Assembly: GCA_026391215.1 (NCBI GenBank)
Contig: JAPLDX010000103.1
Coordinates: forward strand, 1 to 20,709
DNA: 20,709 bases
Direction of reading: 5' to 3'
Origin: Bacteroidia bacterium
GTDB lineage: Bacteria > Bacteroidota > Bacteroidia > Bacteroidales > VadinHA17
The first letter of the stretch is position 1; every line of letters starts with the position of its first letter. Position numbers and translations under genes: made by a program. Shown here one piece after another: positions 6,902 to 16,972 of this stretch. Under the pieces are notes generated by a model that was not told the DNA's origin, did no database searches, and saw only the letters and a list, made by a program, of their open reading frames with translations.

Positions 6902-9900
6902 ATGATAAAAAACTTCAAACCCATTTTTTTGCAGGCAACCATATTATCCATAGTGTTTCTTGCATTTGTATTTCCAGCCCAGGCTGCCGCTCTTATTCAA
7001 AACCTTAAGGTGGAATATTCCAAAACCCCATTGGGTCTAGATGTGAAAAATCCCCGGTTCAACTGGCAGATGGTAACGAAGGTAAACGAACGCGGATATA
7101 TGCAAACTGCTTACAAGATTGTAGTAAAAGATCCGGAAGGAACAATTATGTGGGATACCCAAAAAGTGCCGGGTAGTGCTTCAATAGGCATTGCATATTC
7201 CGGTGATCCTTTAAAAGCAACCACCCGCTATACATGGACCGTGACTGTCTGGGATCAGAAAGGGAAACCTGCTTCTGATGCATCATGGTTTGAAACAGGT
7301 CTGATGGATACTGACCCCGGCTCTTCAGCCTGGGAAGGAGCAAAATGGATAGGAGGAGGTCCGAATGACCTGGTGCTTCAGGCTCACTTCCTTTCAGTTT
7401 TTAAAGTTAATTATACCATTAAGTTGGACAGCGAATCAAAAAGCACAAAAGCATCATTTATCCTGGGCGCAAATGACGGTCGTCTGCTTGATAAAAACAA
7501 GAACATCTTTAACATTGAATCAAAGCACAATGAGAGCTATATCAAACTTGAGCTTGATATTTCATCTGTTGGTGTTTCTGAAGCCGGAAATGCAAAATTC
7601 AATATTTACCGTGCCGGCTATCATCCTGATGATAATAAAGATGTCATTTTCTTCAGCGCCTCAATTCCCCGGGATATAATCAATAATGAAAACAAGTATG
7701 AACGCCATTTTTTCTTTATAGAAAGTGTTTTCGGAGCCTTAACAGTATTCGTTGATGAGAAGGATAATCACCACAGGTTGTCACCTTCCCAGGGAGGTCA
7801 GATGTTCGGAGGAGGCAGCGGTCTTAACCTTAATCCTGTCGGTAAAGGCGGTGATTATATAGCCTTCCCCCTGCTCGCTGATATAGGCTTTTCTGTCGAT
7901 TCCGGTCAGAAAGCAAGCTTTTCGGAAGTTGCAGTTACCCATTATCGTGAGCCGTCAAATAAAATGTTTGGCGAAGATCTTTTTGCAGCTGATTACAAAG
8001 GGATCTATAAGAATTATGTAAATGACGGGAAATCAGGTTTTTCTGTAAGTAACGGAGCATACACACTGGATGGCGGCAGCAGCGGATCTCTTATCACCGC
8101 TGATCCAAGCCAAAATTCAATGCCTATGCTGAGGAGCGAATTTGCTCCATCCGGAAAAGAGATCAAAGCTGCCAGGCTTTATATCACCGCCAGGGGTATT
8201 TATGAAATGTACCTGAATGGTAAAAGGGTAGGAGAAGATTATTTTAATCCCGGACTTACCCAGTACAATATCACCCACATGTACCAGACCTATGATGTCA
8301 CTTCGATGATCATCCCTGGAGGTAAAAATGCAATAGGGGCATGGCTGGGTGAAGGATGGTGGAGCGGTGCCATCTCATTTACCGGCTCCAACTGGAACTT
8401 CTTCGGCGACCGTCAGTCCCTGATGGCAAAACTTGTAATTACCTATGGTGATGGTTCAGAGACTGTAATAACAACTAATGACCGGGATTGGAAATTCTAT
8501 AATAATGGTCCCATACTCTATGGGAGCTTGTTCCAGGGAGAAATGTACGATGCTACCAGAGAAGCCTCTGTTAAAGGCTGGAATACTGCAGGTTATGATG
8601 ACAGCAAATGGACAAAGGCAGTCGAAATACCATTGAGCGGCACTACATTTACCGGCACATCAGCTGACTTTACGGGATCAAAAAGCAATTTCAATTTTGA
8701 TAAAATGTCGCTGATCGGACAGATCGGTGAAAATGCAGGTATTGTAAAAGAATTGACAGCAGTGAAGGTTGAAGAGGTTCGTCCTGGAGTATTTGTTTAT
8801 GATATGGGACAGAATATGGTCGGTGTACCCCGGGTAACAATTCCAAACGCTGAGCCGGGTAAAAAAATTACTTTCCGTTATGCTGAAGTGCTATACCCGG
8901 ATCTTCCTGAATCCGGAAAAAATGTCGGGATGATCATGATCGAAAATCTCCGTGCTGCCCTGGTACAGGATATCTATATTACAAAGGGCGGGAACGATAT
9001 ATTTCAACCCCGGTTTACTTTTCATGGTTATCGTTATCTTGAGATAACCGGAATTGACAAACCGTTGCCTCTTGAATCAGTCAGGGGAATGGTAATCAGT
9101 TCCGTTCATGAGCTTACTTCAGATTACGAAACATCTGACCCGAAAGTAAACAGGCTCTGGCAAAATATTGTATGGTCAACACTGGGTAATTTTTTATCTA
9201 TCCCCACTGATTGTCCTCAGCGCAATGAACGCATGGGGTGGTCGGGAGATATATCCGTGTTCTCGCGTACATCTACCTATGTGACAAATGCTGATAAGTT
9301 CCTGACCCGCCACATGATAGCAATGCGTAACCTTCAGATGCCTTCAGGTAAATTCACAGATACAGCTCCTGTCGTTGGCGCTTTTGGCGGTCTTCTATGG
9401 GGAAGTGCTGGAATGACAATTCCCTGGGAGGCATATCTCCAGTATGGTGATACTGATTTGCTGGAAGAACATTATAATGCCATGACTGCTTATATGGACT
9501 TTCTGGCAACAACTATTAATAAAAATACAGGACTCAGTTCGGAAAGCCAGCTGGGCGACTGGCTCGGTCCTCAGACTAACCAGGTTGGAACACAGCTGAT
9601 CGTGACAGCCTACCATATCTTCGACCTGGAGATAATGGTAAGAACAGCAGAGATACTTAACAAAAGCGCTGATGCAGAGAAATACCGCAAAATGTATAAT
9701 GAGCGCAAAGAATTCTTCAACAGGACATTTGTAAATTCTGAAAAGAAAACTTTACAGGGACCAAACGGGAAGCTGTCTGATACGCAGACATCTTATGCTG
9801 TTGGTCTTGCATTGGGTGCCTTCAATGATGAGAACATTCCCTTTATGGTAAAAAATCTTGCTGAAACTGTTAAGCGTGAGAATAAGGATGATGGTGGTGT

Positions 9901-10513
9901 TATGCGTCCTGTATATTCCCTCATGACAGGATTTATAGGTACGGCATGGATCAGCAAAGCATTATCCGACAATGGATTCAGCGAACTGGCTTACAGGATA
10001 CTCCAAAACAATAAGTACCCCTCATGGCTTTACGCAATAGATCAGGGTGCCACAACTATCTGGGAGCGGTTGAACGGGTATACTATTGAAAACGGATTCG
10101 GAGGCAATAACAGCATGAATTCCTTTAACCACTATTCCTTTGGAGCCGTCGGTCAGTGGATGATGGCTTATTCACTGGGGATCCAGCGTGATGAACCCGG
10201 TTTCAGAAAATTCAACCTTCAGCCTGAACCGGACCCGACCGGGATGATGACCCGGGCAAAAGGATATTACGATTCAATGTATGGAAGGATCAGCAGCGGA
10301 TGGAATGTCGAAAATGGTATACTTACATATACTGCTATAGTCCCTCCAAATACAATTGCCACACTTTACATTCCGGCTGCATCAGCCGGTGCAGTGAAAG
10401 AGAATGACAAGGCGGTGAAGAAATCGAAGGGTGTAACATTTATTAAATATGAATCGGGGAAAGCTGTCTTCGAGTTGAAATCAGGCAGTTATAAGTTTAC
10501 ATCTTCATTATGA
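6902..10513 (+). CDS. GH78 alpha-L-rhamnosidase, long form with an inserted domain
   Basis: PLGLDVKNPRFNW N-terminal domain, PMLRSEF, ARLYITARGIYE, YDMGQNMVG, PRFTFHGYRY, IPTDCPQRNERMGWSGD (catalytic acid region), GATTIWERLN (base), NSFNHYSFGAV. Start moved from TTG 6848 to ATG 6902 (signal peptide ...FVFPAQA). Confidence 0.93.
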   Translation: MIKNFKPIFLQATILSIVFLAFVFPAQAAALIQNLKVEYSKTPLGLDVKNPRFNWQMVTKVNERGYMQTAYKIVVKDPEGTIMWDTQKVPGSASIGIAYSGDPLKATTRYTWTVTVWDQKGKPASDASWFETGLMDTDPGSSAWEGAKWIGGGPNDLVLQAHFLSVFKVNYTIKLDSESKSTKASFILGANDGRLLDKNKNIFNIESKHNESYIKLELDISSVGVSEAGNAKFNIYRAGYHPDDNKDVIFFSASIPRDIINNENKYERHFFFIESVFGALTVFVDEKDNHHRLSPSQGGQMFGGGSGLNLNPVGKGGDYIAFPLLADIGFSVDSGQKASFSEVAVTHYREPSNKMFGEDLFAADYKGIYKNYVNDGKSGFSVSNGAYTLDGGSSGSLITADPSQNSMPMLRSEFAPSGKEIKAARLYITARGIYEMYLNGKRVGEDYFNPGLTQYNITHMYQTYDVTSMIIPGGKNAIGAWLGEGWWSGAISFTGSNWNFFGDRQSLMAKLVITYGDGSETVITTNDRDWKFYNNGPILYGSLFQGEMYDATREASVKGWNTAGYDDSKWTKAVEIPLSGTTFTGTSADFTGSKSNFNFDKMSLIGQIGENAGIVKELTAVKVEEVRPGVFVYDMGQNMVGVPRVTIPNAEPGKKITFRYAEVLYPDLPESGKNVGMIMIENLRAALVQDIYITKGGNDIFQPRFTFHGYRYLEITGIDKPLPLESVRGMVISSVHELTSDYETSDPKVNRLWQNIVWSTLGNFLSIPTDCPQRNERMGWSGDISVFSRTSTYVTNADKFLTRHMIAMRNLQMPSGKFTDTAPVVGAFGGLLWGSAGMTIPWEAYLQYGDTDLLEEHYNAMTAYMDFLATTINKNTGLSSESQLGDWLGPQTNQVGTQLIVTAYHIFDLEIMVRTAEILNKSADAEKYRKMYNERKEFFNRTFVNSEKKTLQGPNGKLSDTQTSYAVGLALGAFNDENIPFMVKNLAETVKRENKDDGGVMRPVYSLMTGFIGTAWISKALSDNGFSELAYRILQNNKYPSWLYAIDQGATTIWERLNGYTIENGFGGNNSMNSFNHYSFGAVGQWMMAYSLGIQRDEPGFRKFNLQPEPDPTGMMTRAKGYYDSMYGRISSGWNVENGILTYTAIVPPNTIATLYIPAASAGAVKENDKAVKKSKGVTFIKYESGKAVFELKSGSYKFTSSL

Positions 10514-10556
10514 GGTCTGATAAAAATGATTTTTGATAAATATGTGGCAGGTATAA

Positions 10557-13262
10557 ATGTTTAACAGGAATGCCAATAGAGTTTTTGTTACAGGATTAAT
10601 TATTCTTTCATCCTCTCAACTGTTATTTCCCCAGGTCACCGATCAAAGAAGCTACCTGTCAATTGACCAGGTAATTGAAAAGTTAGAACAAAAGTATCCG
10701 GTACAATTCTTTTACAAATCCGAATGGTTTGAAAACAGAACCTTCCATGCTTCTATTCTCGAATTATCCTTCGATGAAACCTTGGACCGAATTAAAACAA
10801 CATCAGAATTATCTGTAATTACCATTGACTCTCTGCTTTATGTATTTATTCCTGTAAAACCAATAATAATACCTCAGCCACAAAAGGGAAAGTCAGATGT
10901 AGTTATAGTTGGTAATCCTGACGAATACGGGAAATATACCAAAGCAACATTAAACGGAAAGATAATTAATGGGAATGATGAAAAACCTTTGCCCGGGGCA
11001 TCCATCTTCATTGACAAATTAAAGTTGGGTTCACATGCTGATGATAAAGGCGAATACCATCTTCAGGTCCCTGTGGGTGAGCATACCATAAGACTATCTT
11101 TTATGGGATATGATGATAATATGCAGAAAATCAAACTGGTAAGCAATGGCTCAATGAATTTTAAATTGTATGAAAAATCGGTTAACCTCCCTGAAGTGGT
11201 AATTTATTCCGAACATGCTAAATCAAATGTTACTGCAACTAATATGAGCATTGTCAAACTGGATATAAAGGCAATAAGGGAACTTCCTGTTTCACTGGGA
11301 GGAACTGATATTATTAAGAGTATTACACTTATGCCCGGTGTTCAGACAGTCGGAGAATTCGGCACCGGCTTTAATGTCCGTGGAGGAAGTGCGGACCAGA
11401 ATCTGATTCTGATTGAAGATGTACCTTTATTCAATTCATCACACCTGTTTGGCCTTATTTCGGTAGTCAATTCAGATGGCATCACTGATGTCACATTGTT
11501 AAAAGCTGGAATTTCAGCAAAGTATGGAGAACGTGCATCATCAGTGATGGATATACGAATGGGTGCCGGTAATCCCGACAAAACGAAGGTGAAGGGTGGA
11601 ATTGGCATTATTAACAGCACAATATATGTTGAGACTCCCCTGATTGAAAATAAAATTGGCCTGTTGCTGGGCGCCAGAAGTTCTTATTCTAACTGGCTTC
11701 TTCACTCTATCCCGGACATCGATTTAATGAACAGTTCTGCACATTTCTATGACGTAAATGCTCTAATATCCTTTAATTTAAATGATAAAAACAAAATCAA
11801 TGTTTTTGCCTATATAAGCAATGATAAATTTCGATTCGCTGAAAATACTGATTATCAGTATAGCAACAAGCTTGGTTCTGTAAGGTGGAGACATTCTTTT
11901 AACGACAATCTCTATTTTAACCTGAGTGCTGGTTTAAGCAATTATAATTATCAGGTATCAGAATCCGATACTTCGCGATCATGGGAATCCTATAAAATAA
12001 ATTCCGCATTGCTTTATCAAAATATTAAGTGGAACTTTTCCTGGATTCCAAACGAAAATCATGCTCTTGATTTTGGCATAAATGCTGTTTCTTATAATAT
12101 CCAACCGGGTAAGCTAAACGGGCTCGTTGACAAATCAGTAATAAAAACCATTCAAGTGCAGCCTGAAAAGGGGATAGAGAATGCAGTCTATTTAACAGAT
12201 AACGTTACTATATCTCCAAAACTCGCCCTGGATTTAGGTGTACGTTATACCTTGTATTCATACCTGGGCCCCAATAAGGTCTATATTTATCGACCTGATT
12301 TGTCCCGGGTTCCCGAAAGCATAATCGATTCATTAACTTATAGTAATAATGATCCGATATGCTGGTATTCAGGATTGGAACCCAGACTTTCCATACGGTT
12401 CACAATTTCAGACAACAGCTCGATAAAACTTAGTTATAACAGGATCCATCAGTTTGTCAACCTGATCTCAAACACAGCGGTAATGTCACCTACTGATGTA
12501 TGGAAGCTTAGTTCTCCGAATCTTAAACCGCTCATATGCGACCATGTTGCGATTGGATACTTTCGTAATTTCAGGAACAATACAATAGAAACTTCGATAG
12601 AAATATATTACAAGAACTTACTAAATACTATCGATTATAAAAATGGCGCAAGAATTCTTCTTAATCCCTATCTTGAAGCAGATCTGACAAATGTCAATGG
12701 GAAGAATTACGGTATTGAATTATATATAAAGAAAAACTCCGGACGACTCACAGGCTGGGCCAGTTATACGTTTTCGAGATCGTGGCAGAAAACAAATGCA
12801 AGTTTCAACGAGGATAAAATAAACTTTAATCAGCCTTTCCCATCGAACTTTGACAGACCAAACAACCTGATCCTGAATGCAAATTATCATATTTCAAAAC
12901 GCTGGCGCTTCAACAGCACCTTCTCTTACAGTACAGGACGTCCTGTTACATTGCCGGAATTAAAATTCAGTTACCAGGGTTACCAGCTGATTTATTATTC
13001 AGATCGTAATAAGTACAGGCTGCCCGACTACCATAGGCTCGATGTTTCAATAACTCTAGATGAATCGCTGAAGATCATGAAGAAATGGAAAGGCAGCTGG
13101 ACATTTTCGATCATTAACCTGTATGGCAGGAGAAATGCGTATTCTGCCTTTTATAAAAAGGAACCCCATATGGTGTCAAATGAATACAGACAATATGATA
13201 CCTATATACTATATATAATAGGTTGTCCGCTTCCGACGCTGACATACAATTTTATATTTTAA
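10557..13262 (+). CDS. TonB-dependent receptor (non-SusC) with N-terminal STN-like and CarboxypepD_reg-like domains
   Basis: Signal peptide. GKIINGNDEKPLPGASI..SFMGY (CarboxypepD_reg). LPEVVI (TonB-box region). Plug motif MPGVQTVGEFGTGFNVRGGSADQNLILIEDVPLFNSSHLFG. YRLPDYHRLDVS and a C-terminal beta-signal ending in Phe (TLTYNFIF). Confidence 0.93.
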   Translation: MFNRNANRVFVTGLIILSSSQLLFPQVTDQRSYLSIDQVIEKLEQKYPVQFFYKSEWFENRTFHASILELSFDETLDRIKTTSELSVITIDSLLYVFIPVKPIIIPQPQKGKSDVVIVGNPDEYGKYTKATLNGKIINGNDEKPLPGASIFIDKLKLGSHADDKGEYHLQVPVGEHTIRLSFMGYDDNMQKIKLVSNGSMNFKLYEKSVNLPEVVIYSEHAKSNVTATNMSIVKLDIKAIRELPVSLGGTDIIKSITLMPGVQTVGEFGTGFNVRGGSADQNLILIEDVPLFNSSHLFGLISVVNSDGITDVTLLKAGISAKYGERASSVMDIRMGAGNPDKTKVKGGIGIINSTIYVETPLIENKIGLLLGARSSYSNWLLHSIPDIDLMNSSAHFYDVNALISFNLNDKNKINVFAYISNDKFRFAENTDYQYSNKLGSVRWRHSFNDNLYFNLSAGLSNYNYQVSESDTSRSWESYKINSALLYQNIKWNFSWIPNENHALDFGINAVSYNIQPGKLNGLVDKSVIKTIQVQPEKGIENAVYLTDNVTISPKLALDLGVRYTLYSYLGPNKVYIYRPDLSRVPESIIDSLTYSNNDPICWYSGLEPRLSIRFTISDNSSIKLSYNRIHQFVNLISNTAVMSPTDVWKLSSPNLKPLICDHVAIGYFRNFRNNTIETSIEIYYKNLLNTIDYKNGARILLNPYLEADLTNVNGKNYGIELYIKKNSGRLTGWASYTFSRSWQKTNASFNEDKINFNQPFPSNFDRPNNLILNANYHISKRWRFNSTFSYSTGRPVTLPELKFSYQGYQLIYYSDRNKYRLPDYHRLDVSITLDESLKIMKKWKGSWTFSIINLYGRRNAYSAFYKKEPHMVSNEYRQYDTYILYIIGCPLPTLTYNFIF

Positions 13263-13263
13263 T

Positions 13264-14421
13264 ATGAAACCAACCTATACAATATTTCTTATACTGATCG
13301 GGTTGGTGACTTCCTGCTACAAAGTCTATGATCCACAGATTGACACAACGGATAAAGTACTGGTAATAGATGGCCTTATAACAAATCAAAAAGATGCTTA
13401 TCATATAGCCCTTTCATATGCCAGACCATTCAATTCAAGCGAAAAAGTTATGCCAGTAAGTGATGCCAATGTTTATGTAACCGACAACTTTGGTAATTCC
13501 TACATTTTCAATAAGATGGGGGAAGGAGATTACGTATCTGATCCATCGCAATTTACAGGTATTCCGGGACGTACCTACCGGCTTCACATTATCACCAGGG
13601 ATGGTGCGGAATATGAGTCGGATCCTCAGCGATTATTTCCCGAAGTATCCCCTGACAGCATCTATGCAGAGTTTGATAATAAAGAAATTCTGCAAAGAGT
13701 TTCAGGATTGAAAGTGAACACACATGGGGCAAATATTCTCGCTGATATACAGAATAAGTCGGATTCACTCCCGCGGTACAGGCTTACGTCAAATCTGGTA
13801 ATGCAATATTATTATACAATCTACCATCAGCTGGATTTGTACACTTTTCTCACTTTTAATTTTTATTGCTGGCAAACAGTCAATGCCTGTACCAATATTA
13901 ACCTGACCGGAGGTGAGTATTCTTTAAATTCAGCCTCTGTTAAAAAACATCCGGTCTGTTTTCTGGATGATAATTTTGACGTTTATGCGTTGTATTACGG
14001 GCTCAAGATCAATATGGAGGATACTACTGGCAGTGAAATCAAAACATCTTCTTATCGATTTTATATGATTCACCACCGGATCCTGTATTTAAACCAGTAC
14101 ACCCTGAATAATGAGTCATATTTATATTATAAGAACCTTGATGAGCAGATGCAATCGGAAGGGAAACTTTTTGATCCAATCGCTGCTCAGCTCAATGGAA
14201 ACATTAAATGCATTTCGGATACGGAGATAAGAGCAATTGGCTTTTTCGAAGCTTCATCTGTCAGCAATTCTGCTTATATCGTTGATTTCAGAAATTTAGA
14301 AAATTCTCAGCCTGCATTAATAAAAACGCCATATATCTTACCTCCTGAACCTGTTGGCTGCCGGATCAATAGATCAGGAAGTATACATTCCAAGATTCCT
14401 TCATTTTGGATTTTTATATAA
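13264..14421 (+). CDS. DUF4249-like outer-membrane lipoprotein, partner of the TBDT
   Basis: Lipobox LVTS-C. VLVIDGLIT, GRTYRLHIITRDGAEYES, CW motif, LFDPIAAQLNGNIKC...AIGFFEASSV, C-terminal PSFW. Starts 1 bp after the TBDT stop. Confidence 0.85.
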   Translation: MKPTYTIFLILIGLVTSCYKVYDPQIDTTDKVLVIDGLITNQKDAYHIALSYARPFNSSEKVMPVSDANVYVTDNFGNSYIFNKMGEGDYVSDPSQFTGIPGRTYRLHIITRDGAEYESDPQRLFPEVSPDSIYAEFDNKEILQRVSGLKVNTHGANILADIQNKSDSLPRYRLTSNLVMQYYYTIYHQLDLYTFLTFNFYCWQTVNACTNINLTGGEYSLNSASVKKHPVCFLDDNFDVYALYYGLKINMEDTTGSEIKTSSYRFYMIHHRILYLNQYTLNNESYLYYKNLDEQMQSEGKLFDPIAAQLNGNIKCISDTEIRAIGFFEASSVSNSAYIVDFRNLENSQPALIKTPYILPPEPVGCRINRSGSIHSKIPSFWIFI

Positions 14422-14427
14422 TAGCTT

Positions 14428-16194
14428 ATGAAAGCTTTATTATATATACTGCTTATATTGCTCAATTGTTTTTGTCTATGTAATGCACAGTACAAGAATT
14501 TATCGGCAATACCCGAAAGTATTTACCTCCATACTGACAGGCGCGTATACATTGCCGGCGACAATTTATTCTATACCCTGTATTTAAAAGGAAATCCAGG
14601 TCAGATGAGTAAATATGCATACCTGGTATTACGTGACCGTCATAATTCGCTGATAACCCAGGTCAGAGTTGACATAAGAAATCAAATGGCTTTCGGTAGT
14701 ATTTACCTCTCTGATACCCTTCACTCGGATATTTACCAGATAGTATCTTATACAAATTGTATGAGAAATGAAGGTGAGTATTCCTTTTTTATAAAAGAAG
14801 TAGTAATTGCAAATCGGTTTGACAAAAAACTAGAGCTGTTTGACAGTACATCTTTTAACGGACTTTCAACTATGTCCCCCGGCCAGTATTCGGTCGACGA
14901 AATTAAAAATGAAAACCTTATTGTTCATTTGGACAAGCAGTTCTTCAATACTAAAGAAAAAGTGACGTTTTCCATTGAAACCAAAGACATTCCGGGAGAC
15001 ACCATTTCCAGGCTTTCGGTTTCTATAAGCGAGATCGTTCCTGGTATTCCGGATGAACCTTCAATATCATCCTGTTTTAATAACGTTGCTAAACCATCAA
15101 TTACTATAGAACCAAGGCAGAATCGTTGCATTTATCATTCCGAAATAGAAGGACCTGTAATAGAAGGGAGAGTTTTAACTATGCCGCAATCCGGCAATCA
15201 GTCTGTTACAGGTACCATGGATATTGAAAACGATATTAATAACTACACAATACTTGTTTCCACCCCGGACAGTATCGCAAACATGCAGTATACCACTGCC
15301 GATTCTTTGGGTTCATTTGCCATCTTACTTAATCACTACTATGAAGGGAAAGAATTAATTATCAGGCTTAAAGAGAGTGCGAAAGCGAGTATCGAACTTG
15401 ACAATAAATTTGAGCTGTTTCAACCGTTTACTCCATCAGAGTTATTCATTATACCTGGCATCAGATCTTATATGGTCCGAAGCAGGAATATTTCTGAAGT
15501 TCAAAGATATTACAATGAAAAGTCTGAAATAGATACTGGCAAAATAGTTGATCATGTATTGGCAATTCCCAGGATTTATTATAAATCCTTTTACAAAGTC
15601 TTTCCTGCTGATTATCTTCCTCTTACTGATTTTGTTGAGATCGCGAGAGAACTATTACCCAGCTTGAAAGTCAGAAAAAGCACAGACAATTATATATTGA
15701 GTTGTACGGATACCCGGAATAGAGGACTTCTTAACAAAGAACCAGCAATTTTTCTGGATGGAGTACCTATTGATGACGTAAATCAGATTATTAATCTTGG
15801 TACAAACCAGATTATGCGCATAGATGTATTGCCCGTAAACAGATATTATGGGGAGATGTTACTACCAGGTATTCTTGCTATTTTCAGCAAAAATCTGGAA
15901 ATCAATAATATCCAATTCAGAACGCCAACTATCAGGTTTCAGGCATTCTCAAGTCTAAACAATACAAAACCAGAACATTATATTCCAGATTATAGCAACA
16001 AACACATCCCTGATGTAAGACAGTTATTATTATGGGATCCGGAAATAATACTGCATAATACAGAAAAGCGACAGATTGAATTTTACACTTCTGATCTTCA
16101 GGGAGATTACAGGATAAGTATTCAGGGTATTACTTCAAACGGTCTTCCTCTAAATTGGTCCGCGATTATTACAGTTCAATCCAAATCAAACTGA
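14428..16194 (+). CDS. Secreted conserved hypothetical protein with macroglobulin (MG2)-like N-terminus and a TonB-plug-like segment
   Basis: ESIYLHTDRRVYIAGDNLFY resembles the MG2 start xxTDRxxYxPGE. PAIFLDGVPIDD..IMRIDVL is plug-like. C-terminal PDVRQLLLWDPEI..FYTSDLQGDYRISIQGIT resembles an alpha-2-macroglobulin domain. Confidence 0.75.
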   Translation: MKALLYILLILLNCFCLCNAQYKNLSAIPESIYLHTDRRVYIAGDNLFYTLYLKGNPGQMSKYAYLVLRDRHNSLITQVRVDIRNQMAFGSIYLSDTLHSDIYQIVSYTNCMRNEGEYSFFIKEVVIANRFDKKLELFDSTSFNGLSTMSPGQYSVDEIKNENLIVHLDKQFFNTKEKVTFSIETKDIPGDTISRLSVSISEIVPGIPDEPSISSCFNNVAKPSITIEPRQNRCIYHSEIEGPVIEGRVLTMPQSGNQSVTGTMDIENDINNYTILVSTPDSIANMQYTTADSLGSFAILLNHYYEGKELIIRLKESAKASIELDNKFELFQPFTPSELFIIPGIRSYMVRSRNISEVQRYYNEKSEIDTGKIVDHVLAIPRIYYKSFYKVFPADYLPLTDFVEIARELLPSLKVRKSTDNYILSCTDTRNRGLLNKEPAIFLDGVPIDDVNQIINLGTNQIMRIDVLPVNRYYGEMLLPGILAIFSKNLEINNIQFRTPTIRFQAFSSLNNTKPEHYIPDYSNKHIPDVRQLLLWDPEIILHNTEKRQIEFYTSDLQGDYRISIQGITSNGLPLNWSAIITVQSKSN

Positions 16195-16198
16195 AGTT

Positions 16199-16933
16199 AT
16201 GAAAATTAAAATAGTACTTGCTTTTGCAGTTCTGCAGATTCTTACATTTCAACTTCTGTCCGGCCAAAGAAACGCCACCAGTGAAAACTGTGGCTTACCT
16301 GACTCTGAACCATATCTGACTGGCGAACTTTTTACGCCAGCTCTCCCGGTTGATCCGACAACCTATTTTAATTCAGAATGGCTTTCAGGAGATATTTATC
16401 TTTCAAATGGAGAGGTAGTGAGAAGTAAACTCATAAAATACAACGGATTACTGGATGAACTTTTCTGGCAGGAACCAAAATCGAAGAATATTATTAAGCT
16501 CGATAAAGAAGCAATACTGCAATTTCATTTTCTGAATTTTAAAGGTGATACATCGGTTTATTTCAGAAAAATCAAAGTCAAACAGAATATTATTGCTGAT
16601 TCGAGTGAAGTTTTCGGGGAGGTGATATATAATGGACGCTTGTCGCTTTTTGTATTGCATACTTTTATTATCGAACGGAGGGAACTTGTTTATATGAATG
16701 GGATTCCTTATCAGAAAGATATTTATGCAGAAGAACCGATTTATTTTTTCAGTTGGACTAATAACAAAACCTTCATTACCAAGCTTCTGAACCGAAATAG
16801 TTTGTATCCAATTTCTCCCGCTAATAAGGATAAAATTAATATATTCCTGAAGGCTAATAAACCCTTGAAATTCATTAATAATTCTTACCTCATAAGGTTG
16901 ACTCAATTTCTAAGTACTATAGTGGATCAGTAA
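16199..16933 (+). CDS. Secreted conserved hypothetical protein
   Basis: Signal peptide ..LLSG|Q. YFNSEWLSGDIYLSNGEV..LIKYNGLLDEL is a motif I associate with Bacteroidota hypotheticals. Starts 4 bp after the upstream gene. Confidence 0.75.
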   Translation: MKIKIVLAFAVLQILTFQLLSGQRNATSENCGLPDSEPYLTGELFTPALPVDPTTYFNSEWLSGDIYLSNGEVVRSKLIKYNGLLDELFWQEPKSKNIIKLDKEAILQFHFLNFKGDTSVYFRKIKVKQNIIADSSEVFGEVIYNGRLSLFVLHTFIIERRELVYMNGIPYQKDIYAEEPIYFFSWTNNKTFITKLLNRNSLYPISPANKDKINIFLKANKPLKFINNSYLIRLTQFLSTIVDQ

Positions 16934-16972
16934 GTAACAATTAAAATCTTAAGATGAAACTATAGTTAAGAT

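Noticed and set aside
10557-14421. Calling the TBDT-lipoprotein pair SusC/SusD
   Set aside because: The plug and C-terminal motifs are not of the SusC type, and the lipoprotein is beta-rich and DUF4249-like, without SusD/TPR features.
14428-16194. True bacterial alpha-2-macroglobulin or a truncated TBDT pseudogene
   Set aside because: It is only 588 aa with no CxEQ thioester. The ORF is intact, has its own signal peptide and a coherent non-barrel C-terminus.
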